64,000 nucleotides of DNA from Mytilus trossulus (Eukaryota): positions 51,522,001 to 51,586,000 of the forward strand of contig NC_086373.1 in NCBI RefSeq assembly GCF_036588685.1, read 5' to 3'. Positions within the stretch are counted from its first letter, which is position 1. Each line of letters begins with the position of its first letter. The translations under genes and the position numbers were made by a program. Below are positions 13,055-26,855 of the stretch, one piece after another. The notes below the pieces were generated by a model. The model was not told the origin of the DNA, searched no databases, and saw nothing but the letters and a program-made list of their open reading frames with translations.

Positions 13055-13123
13055 AATGGACATACTACCAGAATACAACAATTCTATTTTATATCATTCA
13101 ACAGACAAACCTCGACGAATAAA

Positions 13124-15278
13124 ATGGCTGGACCTTGTAACTGCATTGCAAGTAAGTACTTTACATATATAAACTATTTTATAGAAATTTTACCTAACAT
13201 ATAATATTTGGTAATAATTAAAACAAATAGATGCTATGTATCTTGTTTCTAACAAAATGTTAAACAGTAAATTTTGGATAATTGAAAAATTAAAGACTTT
13301 AATCAAAATTGGTGCTATAATACCTACCAGTAGAGATATTGATAGATGTGTTATTTTTGTAATCCAGGATAGAGAATGAATTGTTATCAATATGAATTGT
13401 AAGATATTAAAGTATTATGCATAAGTTGTACACTCTTCTATTTATTTTGTCCTGCGTTCCCTCCCCTGTTACATGCCCGCCTTACTTATTAGTTACTGAT
13501 AAGTGTAAAGGACAACATTTCATTATCCATGGGTAGGGCAGACGGGTTACTAAGGACTGAATATCTATTTAATATGTTGCTATCCACACTAAGTGTTTCC
13601 CATTGTCTTACCAGGGTAGAATATTTATTTTCAAAATGCTCATCGCTGGCTCTATCCGAAAATCAGATATTCATTAAACTTTCTTGGGTTTTGTTGATTT
13701 TTTTCATGCAATTATTATAATCTTGAATATCAAGGTACTGCTAAAGATAATCCAAAGTTTGCCATTTATGTAATTTAAGTGAAAATTTAAAGAATAATTG
13801 TGAGTCCCTAAAAATCACTTATATTGTTGTTTTACTTTATGTGTAGCAAACGTGTGTATCTGTGGTACCGGATGCAGCAAGAAATGTTGTCGATGTGGAG
13901 ACCTCTGCAAATGTGCAGGACTTAATGGATGCGCATGTTCCGGATGTACAGTCGTTTGCAGATGTTCAGGTTTGTTTATATTTACAACTTTTAAGTAGAT
14001 TTTCATTTTATTTACATAATTTGATTTTTTACATACAATATAATAAGAAGATGTGCGAGGTCTTGTTCTTCTAGATTAAAGTATCAATAAGTACACATGG
14101 AAATGATTCAGTGTTGAGACGCCATAAACAATCTCTAAACGGCACGACCGTGGTCAATTTCTTAAAATCAACAAAACGGATAGATATGATGTCGAATTAA
14201 TGTACCTATAATTGTACATATATAACAACTTATAATTTATCATGTTGATATTTTACAAAGACAATAGTATTTTCAGTGTTTTCCTTTTGCAGAACCAGTT
14301 AATGCCTTAAATTGTATACATATGTGTTAAAAATCCGAATGGATAAAGTATTTGACTGTATTATGATTTTTATTTGTTTGCATTTGTTTGTACCTATGAA
14401 ATTGTTTCGAAAATGTCCTGATACAAAATAGGTTTTATTACTTGTGCAAATGTCCTGATTAAGGAAAAAGTGTTTGAAATATTGGAGATGGGGTCGTGGG
14501 GTGGGGTCGGTGTGTTATTTAAAAAAAGGTTATATTCTTAATTTCCGGAACTAAAAAATCGTTTCAGAAGGGAAGTTAAAGAAATAACTTGCTGTATGTA
14601 TTCGTTTAACATTGTTTAGATTCTTTTTTCATTTCTAAATTAAAAGGAAAACATATGTTCATTTATTCAAAAAAAAAATATCAATGTTCGAAAAAAATAT
14701 AAACTATTGGTGATTAAGAATTTTATTATGGACTTTAAACTGTCCTTATACACGACATTGAAATTTGATACAAACGCATAAAAACATTTAGCAGAAAGAT
14801 TCGAAGAACATTTGTTTGCTAAAGTTTGTTCATAGAAGTCCCATGTTAGATTAAAGCAGTTTTGACTGACCTTTCAACACAATAAAATACCCTATGATCA
14901 CATGCATAAAACTCAAACAGCGAACAAATGACATGGAGGCTACGTCGACAATGAGCAAAACCCGATATCGTATATAGCAAGGAATAAAATGAGATGATTG
15001 GGTTTAGTAAGTTCATGCGATATTGAGTTTTATATATACGGTATGCGGACAAAACAACTTTTTCATAACAGTTTAATGTGCAATTTGCACACATATAATT
15101 CTTCCATTAAAAAGGATTATCACCTTAATATGGAAATTTCATTTTAAACGTCTATATATTAATATTGATATATAAATAATATATATATATATGTATTATT
15201 TTAGGTACCTGTGAATGTGGATGTGATTGCACTGGTCCGACAGACTGCAATTGTGAATCTGGGTGCTCCTGCAATTGA
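13124..15278 (+). CDS. MT20: Metallothionein MT20-type, gene 1 (74 aa, 23 Cys)
   Basis: Exons 13124-13151, 13847-13969, 15205-15278, [78 protein letters not shown]. Confidence 0.95.
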
Positions 15279-17117
15279 AACAAAGACAGCCACAACGTTA
15301 ACGTGCATAATCGTTTCATTCTTAGTCTAGTCATTCATATCATTCATACGTACATTTTAATTCGTTATGTTCACTTATATCAAATACACAATTTTTATAA
15401 ATCTTTTTTGTTGTAAATATTTATTTTGTATTTAAAATGTTTTTAGTCAATAAATGTCAATTCAATTTAGTAAATGATTGTCGTTTTTGTAAAGCTTTTG
15501 TTGTTCAGTACAGTAGTATCTGGTTATCCCAAACATGCAAAAGACATTGTAGTTGTAACATAACTGATGAGAACAACGCAAGAAAGTTCTCCGAACATAG
15601 ATGAAAAAAATTTCATCTACTTGCTATACACATAAAATGTAAAAATTTCATTTCAACTCGTCCATCGAACCAATTGATTAGGGTACGTAATGCATGAAAT
15701 GTACAGCAACGCGTAGACAACGGAGCTGTATCAGATTGTCGTCAAAAAGTCGACCTGTTTCGATTGTTTCTAAAAGAAAAGGAACGAAAGATACCAGAGA
15801 TAACAGCCAGAACATAGATTAAAAATCAACTGAAACCCAGTAACAGGTTGAAAAATTTAGGGTGAGAATTCAAAGAACTAAAAAGGGGCAGTGACAAATA
15901 TTTCATGTAAAATAACCTTCTTTTTCTTATTTTTGACTTTGGACTTTGTTTTGAAATGTAGTTTCACTTTTCAAATTCGGTATTTATTCTGATGTAAGAT
16001 CCATGTGGTAAAAATCACGTTTCACGTTGAAAATAGAGAGCACCAAAAAAGGGTTGTTCCACAGGGAATATTTTTATCTTATGAACTCTACATTTGAAAG
16101 GGTTATTATTATTTTTATTTATTTAAAAGAGAAAAACGAATGTAAAACAAATTGTGAATGGTCTTTCTACCTTTCTCCGGCCATGGCTAAAAAATGAAAA
16201 AGGAAAAGCAGACAAATAATAGTACACAAAACACACCACAAAAAAGAAATACTAAGCAACATTAACACTACTAATAACCTGGGGTGATCTCAGATGCGTC
16301 GGATGGTTAAACAGATCCTAATTCACATGTGGCACTTATGTTATTTAGTAGTAGTAAACTCTTTGTGGATGTATGTGGTCAATGTTACAACCAGGGCTTC
16401 ATTAAGCATTGATCTGATTCCCAATTCAAACAAAAAAACTTGAAAGTTGAGTTTTGTTGGTCACACCAAGCACGCACCATTCAAAAGTACACATACTTCT
16501 ATTCAATTACTAGTATTATGTCAATGCCCAGTTGCATATCATCCAATATTAGCCGTTTGCCGTTCGACTGATATTTATCAATCAAAATTACATCACTCAT
16601 ACGAAAGAATTATCATTCCTCAATCGAAGTAGTTCTCTGGATCAAGGAATTGCAATGTGTGTGTGTGTGTGTGTGTACGGATAGTTCTGATTACTGTCAG
16701 GACTAGATCAGTCGTGTCTTACAACAAATAATATTTCCTCTTTATTAAGTATAATTGTTCCTTTAACTCTAATTTTCCCGTCTTTTATGTTCGTTAATGT
16801 TTTTGATTTGTAAATGTTGCACCTGGGCAAACAGATGTCTCACTGATCTTCTTTTGATGTTTTAATGAAAGCTTCGATCGTGTTGCAACTGAATAATTTA
16901 TTTAATTAAATATTGCAAGTTGTTCCCACTATGAACTTCTCAATTACATGTTTGAGGAACGCCATTTATGAAGACAAATAGTAGAAAGAGGTAGACATTA
17001 CATTCAACTGATACATGTAAAGAGGATTTGTTATTTTAGCCTTTTCATCCCTTGTCATATACAGGTATTCATCAATCAAAAATGTGTTATGGGTACTTAA
17101 AAAATTAGTATACCCTA

Positions 17118-17895
17118 GTCTGTTATGGCATATTTAAGTAACATTAATAAATACATTTGTTTGTATTAGTACCCCAATCAAACTGTGTTGTAGTGATGAC
17201 TACGATTGATAACCAGACATGTACATATAAGACGACGCTTGTGGAGTGTTTAAAATTGTGAAGAATATGTGAAACTACAACGATTTTTTTTTCAATTTTC
17301 AACTGTCTGCTTTAACTTGTCCCCTCATGTTCATTGGTTCGGTGTAGCTTGGTTGTAATGTTTGCGGCGTACCAGACTAATAATCAGATAAAAAAAGAAT
17401 GTATGCCCAATTAGCACAAACCGACACATATAGACTAATGTTATTGAAACATAGTAAGCAAGAACACGTTTAATGCACGAAATTAAGTTTATACAATTAT
17501 AAAAAAAAAAAAAAAAAAAGCTCATAAAAAAGTTCACACATATAAAAATAGGCAGGACCATGCGCATGTGCAGTCAAATTGAAGTCTTTTATACTGAATT
17601 TAGAAATATTCCTTTATTTTGTTGTGTCAACATTTGAAATAATCGGCTTATTGAAACATTTGAATTAAAACAGTTAGCCACAAGGCTAATGTCAATAACG
17701 ACTTGTACTTGATATTAATGTTTGTCAGTTATATTAGTGTAAGATTAAAATTAATCTTTCTTACTATGAAATGTCATTGTGACATAATTTTACATATATC
17801 ATTCTTAAATATGTATCAAAACTTACCAAAATTATTAATCTACAATATATATAGTATAGTATTTGTGGTCCGTTTGTTTCCATTCAAACACTTAA
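17118..17895. repeat. Left copy of ~778-bp direct duplication flanking the Sola3-like element
   Basis: Near-identical to 26856-27632 (a couple of substitutions and poly-A length differences). Confidence 0.92.
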
Positions 17896-20800
17896 GAGCA
17901 ATTCTCTGTAATCACCAAAATATTTCGGCACGCACTAAAATATATTTGTTTTAAACTTTATTAGTTCAATAGAGCCACATGAGCTTAGCAAAAAATATTA
18001 CTACACTTAGCCTCTTATGTTTACCGTTTCCATGGTAACAGGACTTAAAGTGGCAAAAAAGGGGGAAAATGAGGTGTTTACAAATTATGATCAATTATGA
18101 CCTATAAAAAGAAAATAATATAAATATTCAGACATTTAACCTTTTTTCCGTTAAAATAAAACAAATGAAAATTGTTTTTAGCAGTAAACTCTCTTTAAAA
18201 AAAATCTATTTAGCTTAAATAGGGTAAAAAGTGCAATAAAAGGGGGGATTTTAGAGCCTATTTTGATCAGGTGTTGTAAAAAAAGGCAGCCATTTCTTAT
18301 ATTGTTGATTATAAAAATAGAGAGAATGAATTCAGGTTAAACAAGAAAAGAAAAAAAATCAGTGGGCAAATTGACTGTGTTAAAATAAATTGACCATGAA
18401 AAGTCGAGTTGTCCTGTATTTACCTAATCAAATTACCTCCCTTTGCGGAGTTCTCTTTAGAGAAACACATTAAAAACAGGAGGGAAATGTAAACAAATGC
18501 AGACAACAAGGTTATTTTACGATTTTGTTCATGTTTTATATTCAAGCATAATGGGAAATGGATTTTTTTCACAGTGATGTTAGCCTACACTTTTATATAT
18601 TGTTAAGTTGGTATGATGTCCTCATATTATGAAAATATTGTCTGAACAATGGAACTATGTCTGTCTATAGACAGTGTATAAAAAAACTTTGCTTGCCATA
18701 ACTAGCTTGTTTAGCGTATTTATTCATCAATGTAGAATCTGTAATCTTCGATTTATAAAATGAGTGGCATAAAAGATTTCCTACGCAATTGTGACAAGTG
18801 CAGTGATGACAGGTATTTTTGAAACCGCTATCATTTGAAAGAGACATGTATAATTTTTTGTCAGAAATTTCTTTACTTGAATCTGACATACCTTTCCATT
18901 GTACACCACAACTGAGGACCTGTAACATTCATAGAAATGTTATAATTCAAACAACTTACAAGAAACATAGATGGAAAAATTGTGGTGTGCCTTCAGTAAA
19001 TGCTACAAAAGCTGGGGATCGACATGTTGCACCCAAGATGTTTCAAAGACTTGTTACAGAGACACAGACGTGTTCATTCCTATTGGGACAAGTAAGTAGA
19101 CAATATTTAGCTAATGATTTGTTTCTGTAAAAAAGATACAGTGATCATAATTGCACTTATAAGACCAAAAAGTAAACAAATGCAGCTGTCAGATACCCCT
19201 CCAAAAATAAAAAAATAAAACACAAAAAACCATGAAAACACAAAAACAACAAATCTTACAGTTTATCTACATTGTACCATATAAATGTGAACTTCTTTAA
19301 TCAATCAGGGGCATTACTTAAACAAGTAACAATTAAAATAACTTATACAAGTAATGTTGAAAACGAGGCTATTTTAAATATAACTTATATAAGTAACTTT
19401 TTCTGAATAATATTTTTATAGGTGTCCAATAATACAGATTTTACTAACTTTCACAAATTTTCACAGTCATCTGTTTTTTTTCCCCATGAAATGTAAAATC
19501 TAATTCTTCTGAAACACTAATTAACTTTCTGACGCATTTATATTTAATACCGACGCTTCTTGGTCAAAGATTGGTCTCTTGGGACTATTAAATTATCATT
19601 TTCCTCCAAAATCTTGAAGATAGACTGATATAAATAGATATATACTTGAGAATTAATTAAAACTTGAAGTTATTTATAATTTGTAATCAAAATCAATCAC
19701 ATATGTTCCTAAAATATGTGTAATAACTAATTTTTTATCAAAAATGTATAAAATAACTAATTCAAGTCATATTTCTGTCATTATTTTTAAAATCAACCCT
19801 TTATTTGTGAACTCCTCTCAAATCGAATAAATTCGTTGTTTTATGATATAAAGTGGTGTAAAAATTCATGAAAACTACATTTAGTCTGTGTTTCTCCTAA
19901 AAATTAAAATAACTCTATTAAGTAATTTTATTATTTTTAGAAACAGAAATTACTTATATAAGTTACCTTAAAAAAATAACTTGTTCAAGTAACGCCCCTG
20001 ACTGTTAATATCCCCTTTTTAAACTATTTAACATAAAATAATGTGAAGTTTTTTAATCTTGTTTTTGAGAGAGAAAAAAATAACATAAATACTGTTTCAT
20101 GTCTCCTTACCATATTTGTAAGGTTTTGTACATGATAATCACATCATTTCATGCAAGTCCTTATGAAATAAAAAATGTTGCGGCAAGAATGCTGCAAAAT
20201 TGTGACTTTAAAGCAGCAAACTGATGAGGGTGTCAGAACATTGATGCTTCTACTGACATCATTCTGGCTTCTTTGCAGTGCTATTTCAATCCATGACAAA
20301 AAGCGCCGCAATGTCCATAAAGCAAACATATAATTTTCTCATTTCTCATTCTAAATATTATATATACTAAAAATTAATGATGCCAGAATAAGCCCAATAA
20401 GAGCAATTATGATTTGAGTGAGGAATTGGGTGTTCAATTATTGTGAAGACTTGTATGTATTTATGTAGATTAACATGATTAAAGTAAATGCATGATATTA
20501 AAGTTCAATCTCTCATGTAGTTAAATCAAGGAAATTGTCTTATCCTGATAGACCTGAAAAGCATTTTCAAAAAAGTTGTAATTTTCTCCAGGGACGAATT
20601 ATCATGTAATGGGGCGAATTGGTACCTTCTGGTACATTGGTCGGCGTTTCCCTTCCCTTTCTTAATTTAACCGTCACTAAATTTTGAAGTTTATGCAGAA
20701 AGAAGTTTGGTCAACTGTGTATTTGTTTCCCTCTATAGTCAGTTTGAAAGTGTTATTTGTTTGAAAAAAAATGTAGTATAATCACAAAACACAACACCTT

Positions 20801-21691
20801 TGACTGAAGAGAGGGGGCTCCTGTTGGGATCATGGAAATTATGTTGGTATTATTGAAGGTAAATGGATCAGGTATGGATGTTGCATATTGACAGTTCATG
20901 AGTTACACATTTTAACTTTCCTTTCTTTTAATGTAGGAATATTAAGTTCATTACTCGGTACATAAATATTGTACATATAGGAATAACCTCTGAGGATAGA
21001 ACTTTGCTTTCTGTAACAGAAAAAGTTATCATAATAAGTGCACAAAAAATTCATGATGTAATTTAAAAAGGAGTAAAAACCTTTCCTCAGGGAATACTCA
21101 CCACTATACGTATGTATTTGGTAAGACATAACTTGACCTTAGTCACTTAGCATCATTTAAGCAACAAAACATCAATATAGCTGTAATGTTGCCACAACTA
21201 TGATTATAAGGGCGGACGACCTTCTTTCCCTCATGTTTACTTGAGATAGGTTTTAAAATTTATGTTTTTATGTACATACAAGTAAAAATAGTAAATACAT
21301 GTTGTTCTGATAGTTATACACAGAATGAGATCAATTGTGTATCTTTTTTCTTTAATATTACAGCATTTTGTAGACTGTGTAGAGAAAACTACTTGGAACT
21401 AAAAGTATTGAACTTGTTGAGGAGGTATGTCTTTTAATATACATGTATATATAATTTTCCCTGTACACATGTACGGTATACTCAATAGTCAATAATGAGT
21501 TTATTAACTACATGTCAAACTTCTGTACTCATAGGTAGTTTAACTATGACAAGAAAGAAGGTCTTTTAATTCAAAAATAACAAAAAATTAAACTTTCCAA
21601 TTTGGTTTTCATATTCCATGTATTCCATGCTTTTACTTGGCTGAAGCACATTTTATTTGCATTTTGAATTGGTAATCTGGTTTCATTATTT

Positions 21692-22321
21692 AAAAAAGGG
21701 GGGTATACTGTTTTACCTCTGTCTGTCCGTCAGTCCGTCAGTCTGTCAGTCAGTCCGTCCCATGAAACTTTCGTCACATTTTTCTCAGGAACTACATATC
21801 CACCCTTTCTGTAATTTGGTATCAACATTTATATATGTCAACCATACCATGTGATGCGTTTTCAGATTCATCATTCATCGACTTCCTGTTTACCGAACAC
21901 TTGTATGATTTTACACATGATAGCCATGTTGAAAATTTTCGTCACATTTTTCTCAGGAACTACAATACAAGGATTTCTTAAATTTGGTTTCAGGGTTTAT
22001 CTAAGTCAGCTATACTGTGTGATGCGTTTTCAGATTGATCACTTGACAACTTCCTGTTTACCGAACACTTGTATGATTTTACACATGATAGCCAAGTTGA
22101 AATTTTTTTTCACATTTTTCTCAGGAACTTCAATACAAGGATTTCTGAAATTTGGTTTCAGGATTTATATATATAAGTCAGCTTTACCGTGTGATGCGTT
22201 TTCAGATTCATCACTCGACAACTTCCTGTTTACCGAACACTTGCATATTTTTACACTATTAATATTATCCACTTGCGACGGGGGTATCATCAGTGAGCAG
22301 TAGCTCACAGTTTCACTTGTT
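21692..22321 (+). mobile_element. Helentron/HINE-like non-autonomous element with GTCY microsatellite and ~170-bp internal repeats
   Basis: GTCT/GTCC/GTCA array at 21720-21760; repeat units start at 21851, 22019 and 22191; 3' hairpin GTGAGCAGTAGCTCAC followed by CTTGTT. Confidence 0.7.
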
Positions 22322-22440
22322 ATTAACGCATTAGTTAAAATCTATTAAAATAAAAAAAACAAGGTTTTAATTTCAGGATAAATTTCTATATCTTTTTTGT
22401 ATAAACATGATAAAACATATTACCTCAACTGAACCCTTAT

Positions 22441-22735
22441 ATAGATATAGGAAGATGTGGAATGAGTGCTAATGAGACAACTCTCCATCCAAATAAAAAT
22501 TTAAAAAAAGTAAACCATTATAGGTCAATGTACGGCCTTCAACACGGAGCCTTGGCTCACACCAAACAACAAGCTATAAAGGGCCCCAAAATGACTAGTG
22601 TAAAACCATTCAAACGGGAAAACCAACAGTCTAATAATATTAAAAAAAAACAAGAAATGAGAGACACATATATATTACATAAACAAATGACAACTACTGT
22701 ATCTCAGATTCCTGACTTAAGACATGTGCAAACCC
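22441..22735 (+). repeat. Short interspersed repeat (TGAGACAACTCTCCA family) nested in the Sola3-like element
   Basis: Shares AAGATGTGG...AATGAGACAACTCTCCA...GCTATAAA.GGCCCC blocks with 3292-3500. Confidence 0.6.
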
Positions 22736-23038
22736 TTATAACCCATTCATGTACATGTATTACTAACTCCTCTAAGATAGGTGACTAAAGTTGTTGTTTC
22801 TTTCAATTTAATTATGTGTATTCCAGAATTTATTACTGTTTCAGTTTCAATTAGTACTACTAGTACCTTGTTTAAAATACTCTTAAAAAGTTTTCTTTTC
22901 TTTTAATTCAGAAGAACACTACTGAGGACAAATACAAAGATGCCGAAGCTGAAATACTACCGCCTAAAAGAAAAAGGGTATGTATAACTGTATAGAAAAC
23001 AGTGTCATACAATTTATAGAATGTCTCATAAACTTGAC

Positions 23039-24114
23039 TTTTTAGCTCACCAGGCCCAAAGTGACAAGTGAGGTTTCCTGTTTGGTATCAATCATCTTCA
23101 TAGTCCGTCGTGGTCTGTTAACTTTTACAAAAATCTTCTCCTCTGAAACTACTGGGTCAAATTAAACCAAACATAGCCACAATAATCATTGGGTAATCTA
23201 GTTTTAAATATTTAGTTTTTATATCTCTGAAACCAAAGCATTTAGAGCAAATCTGACATGGGTAAAATTATTTATCAGGTCAAGATCTATCTGCCCTGAA
23301 ATTTTCAGATGAATTGGACAACCCGTTGTTGGGTTGCTGCCCCTGAATTAGTAATTTTAAGGAAATTTTGCTGTTTTGGGTCATTATCTTGAATATTATT
23401 ATAGATAGAGGTAAACTATAAACAACAATAATGTTCAGCAAAGTAAGATTTACATATAAGTCAAATGAAGGAAATGATCAGTTGAGCCCTTTATTGCCAT
23501 TTATAGTCAATTTTTAACCATTTTAGGAAATCTTAGTAATCTTTTAGAAAAATCTTATCCTCTGAAATTACTGGGCCAAATAAATCAAAACTTGGCAACA
23601 ACCATATTTGGGGTATCTAATTTAAAAAAAGTGTCCAGTGCCACAGCCATCCAACCAAGATGGCCGCCACCGCTAAAAATAAAACATAGGGGTAAAATGC
23701 AGTTTTGGGCTTATAATTCACAAGCCAAAGCATTCAGAGAACATGTGATGGGGTTAAATTGTTTATCAGGTCAAGATCTATCTGCCCCGAAATGTTTCAA
23801 ATGAATCTGACAACCCATTGTTAGGTTGCTGCCCTTGAATCGGTAATTTTAAGGAAATATTGCCGTTTTTTTTTTATTATCTTGAATATTATTATAGAAA
23901 GAGATAAACCATAAACAGCTATAATGTTCAGCAAAGTAAGACCTAAAAATAAGTCAACATGAGCAAAATTGACAGTTGACAGCCTAAGGAGCAAGAATGT
24001 TCAAACACATCACCATCACTGAAACACAATTTTGTCATGAATCCATCGTCATCCTTTGTTTTATATTCACATAGTCCAAAATGAGCGACACTGGCTCTTT
24101 AGAGCCTCTAGTTT
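23039..24114 (+). mobile_element. Helentron/HINE-like non-autonomous element with ~490-bp internal repeats
   Basis: 5' TTTAGCTCACC...GTGAG hairpin and 3' TGAGCGACAC-GGCTCTTTAGAGCC-TCTAGTTT; same family as 58641-60428 in the opposite orientation. Confidence 0.75.
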
Positions 24115-26855
24115 AAGTCACCTGGCCTATTTTGATTTCATCTGGCACAAACTTTTTGAAAAAAAATCTTCTGATGCAACTGGGCCAATTAGAACTAAAC
24201 TACATCATGTACATGTATATATAGTAAATTTGTATTTCACTGGACTTTATTTTTACTTATTTATTTTCAGGAACAGAACAGGCTCCAAAACAACAGAATC
24301 AAACATTCATTTGTTTTATGGATGACTGCATTTGAGAGTTCAAGAACCAGATCAGTTTTGATCAACATCTCCTTCAAGGCAGATGTGAATATAAGCTAGA
24401 GAGAGGACCATTTAAAGATCAGACATATGTATGCCCAAAAGCTGTCAAATAATGTACATTATTGTCCTGATATGCAAGCAGTTTTATTAGAAAATGCATG
24501 TACTACAGACTTCAGTGCCAACAAAATGGGATGAGCATTGAAAGTGAAAAAAAGCGTCAAACAGAAAGAATTGTTGATATATTTATTTAAATATGGGGAA
24601 AAACTAGCTCTAAATTGACCCTTACACAGCTGCAGAAAGTATGAGATGGCGTGTATATACCTTTAGGAAAGATGAATTCTTAACTGACCAGCAGATAAAT
24701 GGGTTCTTTACTCGATTGACACAACAACAGACAAAAAAGATAAGCATAACTATAAATCAGCTGAGTCTGAAATTCTTAGGGCACAATGGAAAACACAGAT
24801 TTTTGAGACAATTGAAGATTGAATTTGAACACCACTAAAATGAATATTGCAATGTGCTATGATCCTAACAAGATATGGCCGTACAATATGTTTTCTCAAA
24901 CACAATGCTACAAGTTTTTATGAAATTTGTGAAACGCATCATGGAGATGTATATTTTTGATATTTTATTTGTTACACATTTGAATGTATGAACTTTTCAT
25001 TTGCATACCGTTACATCTTCTTTTGGTCAATATGTTCAGACTTGATTAGGTGATATTTCTGTAACCATAGCAGTTTTAACTTATTTTTGAGAATTGCTAA
25101 GTCTCTTGAAAGTTTTGTAATCCCTGTACAATGTCTTTGATATCTTGTTGATTTTATGTTTTTCTGTAAAATGCAGACATGTTGGCATAGTTAGCCGATT
25201 AGTTTTAAGTGAACAGATTTACCATTTTTATAAAGCTATGTACTTTTTCTATTGATAACTCTTCAAACTTGGAAAAGGAATATTCTGATACAATTTGTTT
25301 GTATCATTGAATTTTATTGGTTACCACTCTGTGTAAATTCCACAATCTAACTACCATAACTAAGGCTCTTCTTGAAATGATGCAAGAAACAGTCATACAT
25401 GTTTTGGATTTAACCACATCATATTTACCCCAAAAAATTAGAAAAAAAACCCTGCATACCTTAAACTACTTTTTCATCAGCTTATATTCAAATGTGAAGC
25501 GTTAACGAAGCCCCAAAACAAAAGATATTAGCCTTTGAACTCAAAGTATTCATATGACGTCATGATGTTGCTACAGAAGTAAGCAACATTTGCTGGAATT
25601 TTTAGTTTATGCATCTTTATTTCAAAATAAAAAACAGAAACAATATTTTTATTGTCTATTGCATTAGAATGGATAAAACTGTATTGTATTTTAACATTTG
25701 TGAACATAAATCTAGATTTTCTGTTGCATATATCTGTTTTAACTAGCTCTGCTACATATCACTAAGTCAACTCAATTTACGACAGTAATAAATGTACCTA
25801 CTTTTTATGTATGTATAGGTTAAAATACAAATACAGTTATCTCCTAAACTATATGCACATGATTGAACCAATATGAGTTTAATATAATGAAATTTGAATG
25901 TACTGAGAAGGTGTTTTACTCGATTTAATTATTTTTATGATGGACAAGCATTTACTCAAATTGCTTTATAAATAGCAAACTATGTTTATCTGTATCAGTT
26001 AAAAACTAATATGCACAATCAGTTCTTCCTTCTCTCTGTAGTCAATTACAAATATAAATCTTAAAAAATGAAGAAAAAAACATACTAAATTTGAAAAAAA
26101 AATTGTAAAATTTTGGAAATTTGGTTACCATAGCAACCATTTTTATTAAATTTCATTAAGCAAAAATATTTCTTAGGACTGAAAAAATGTACTGATTGAT
26201 TTTGTTATATTGTAAGGAATTTAATGCCTTGTTTGTATAGAGTAAATATGTAAATTACTATGATTATTATTGACTTGTAGAAAAATATAATTTACGGAAT
26301 TTTCAAAATCTTGTGTTTTTCATTCATTAAAAATATTTTTTACAATTATTTGCCCATTGATTTTTTTTTATAATTTGAAAGGCCTTTATCTGTTCTTTCT
26401 AAATATACCTCACATTTAACTGGGAGACGCTGCATTTACGAAAAAAATACACTTGAATATCATGTATTTACGCATTTTTCACTGAAATCCAAATTTGCCA
26501 TTTGACCATATCTTTACTAGCTGGTAGCAGAATAATTGATAAAGGTAAATGTAAATCATATGTGAATTTTAAACAGCTTAAAGGTCATTTGTATTATATT
26601 ATTCAGAAAAAAAGGATATGTTATACATGAAAAAAGTACTAAACAGTGCAAAATGTCGTTTTTTCACTTTTTTAGAGTTAAAATATAACCTTTTTTTGTG
26701 TGGTTTCCATGGCAACCGGAATATTCCGGAACAATTTGTTGCCTGTTATTGCCTTTATGTAAGGTACTGACTATTACATATAAGTTTCATCAAAATCTGA
26801 GACCATGTGTGCCAGACCCTATTAGAATTTCTTTGGTGGTTACAGAGAATTGCTT

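Larger units (their letters stand above)
17896..26855 (+). mobile_element. Decayed, internally deleted Sola3-like DNA transposon (~9 kb) with nested insertions
   Basis: Left end TTAA|GAGCAATTCTCTGTAATCACCAAA and right end TTTGGTGGTTACAGAGAATTGCT(T) give a ~24-bp TIR; GAG termini at TTAA are characteristic of Sola3. Both subterminal regions carry GTTNCCATGGNAAC palindromes. Coding relics: CNIHR...WKNCGVP...GDR (18900-19090) and MG*ALK...FKYGE...DP...MR...FRKDEFLTDQQINGFFTRL (24525-24720). No catalytic core seen. Confidence 0.7.

Noticed and set aside
13815-14074. His/Pro-rich antisense ORFs and alternative-frame ORFs over MT exon 2
   Set aside because: Shadows of the Cys-codon-rich MT exons.
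15560-15600. CTGATGA followed by a GAAC...GTTC stem (also ~31404), hammerhead-like
   Set aside because: No GAAA box directly after the stem and no stem I/III pairing.
21851-22303. 150-aa ORF with internal repeats
   Set aside because: Chance reading of the ~170-bp tandem units of a non-autonomous element.
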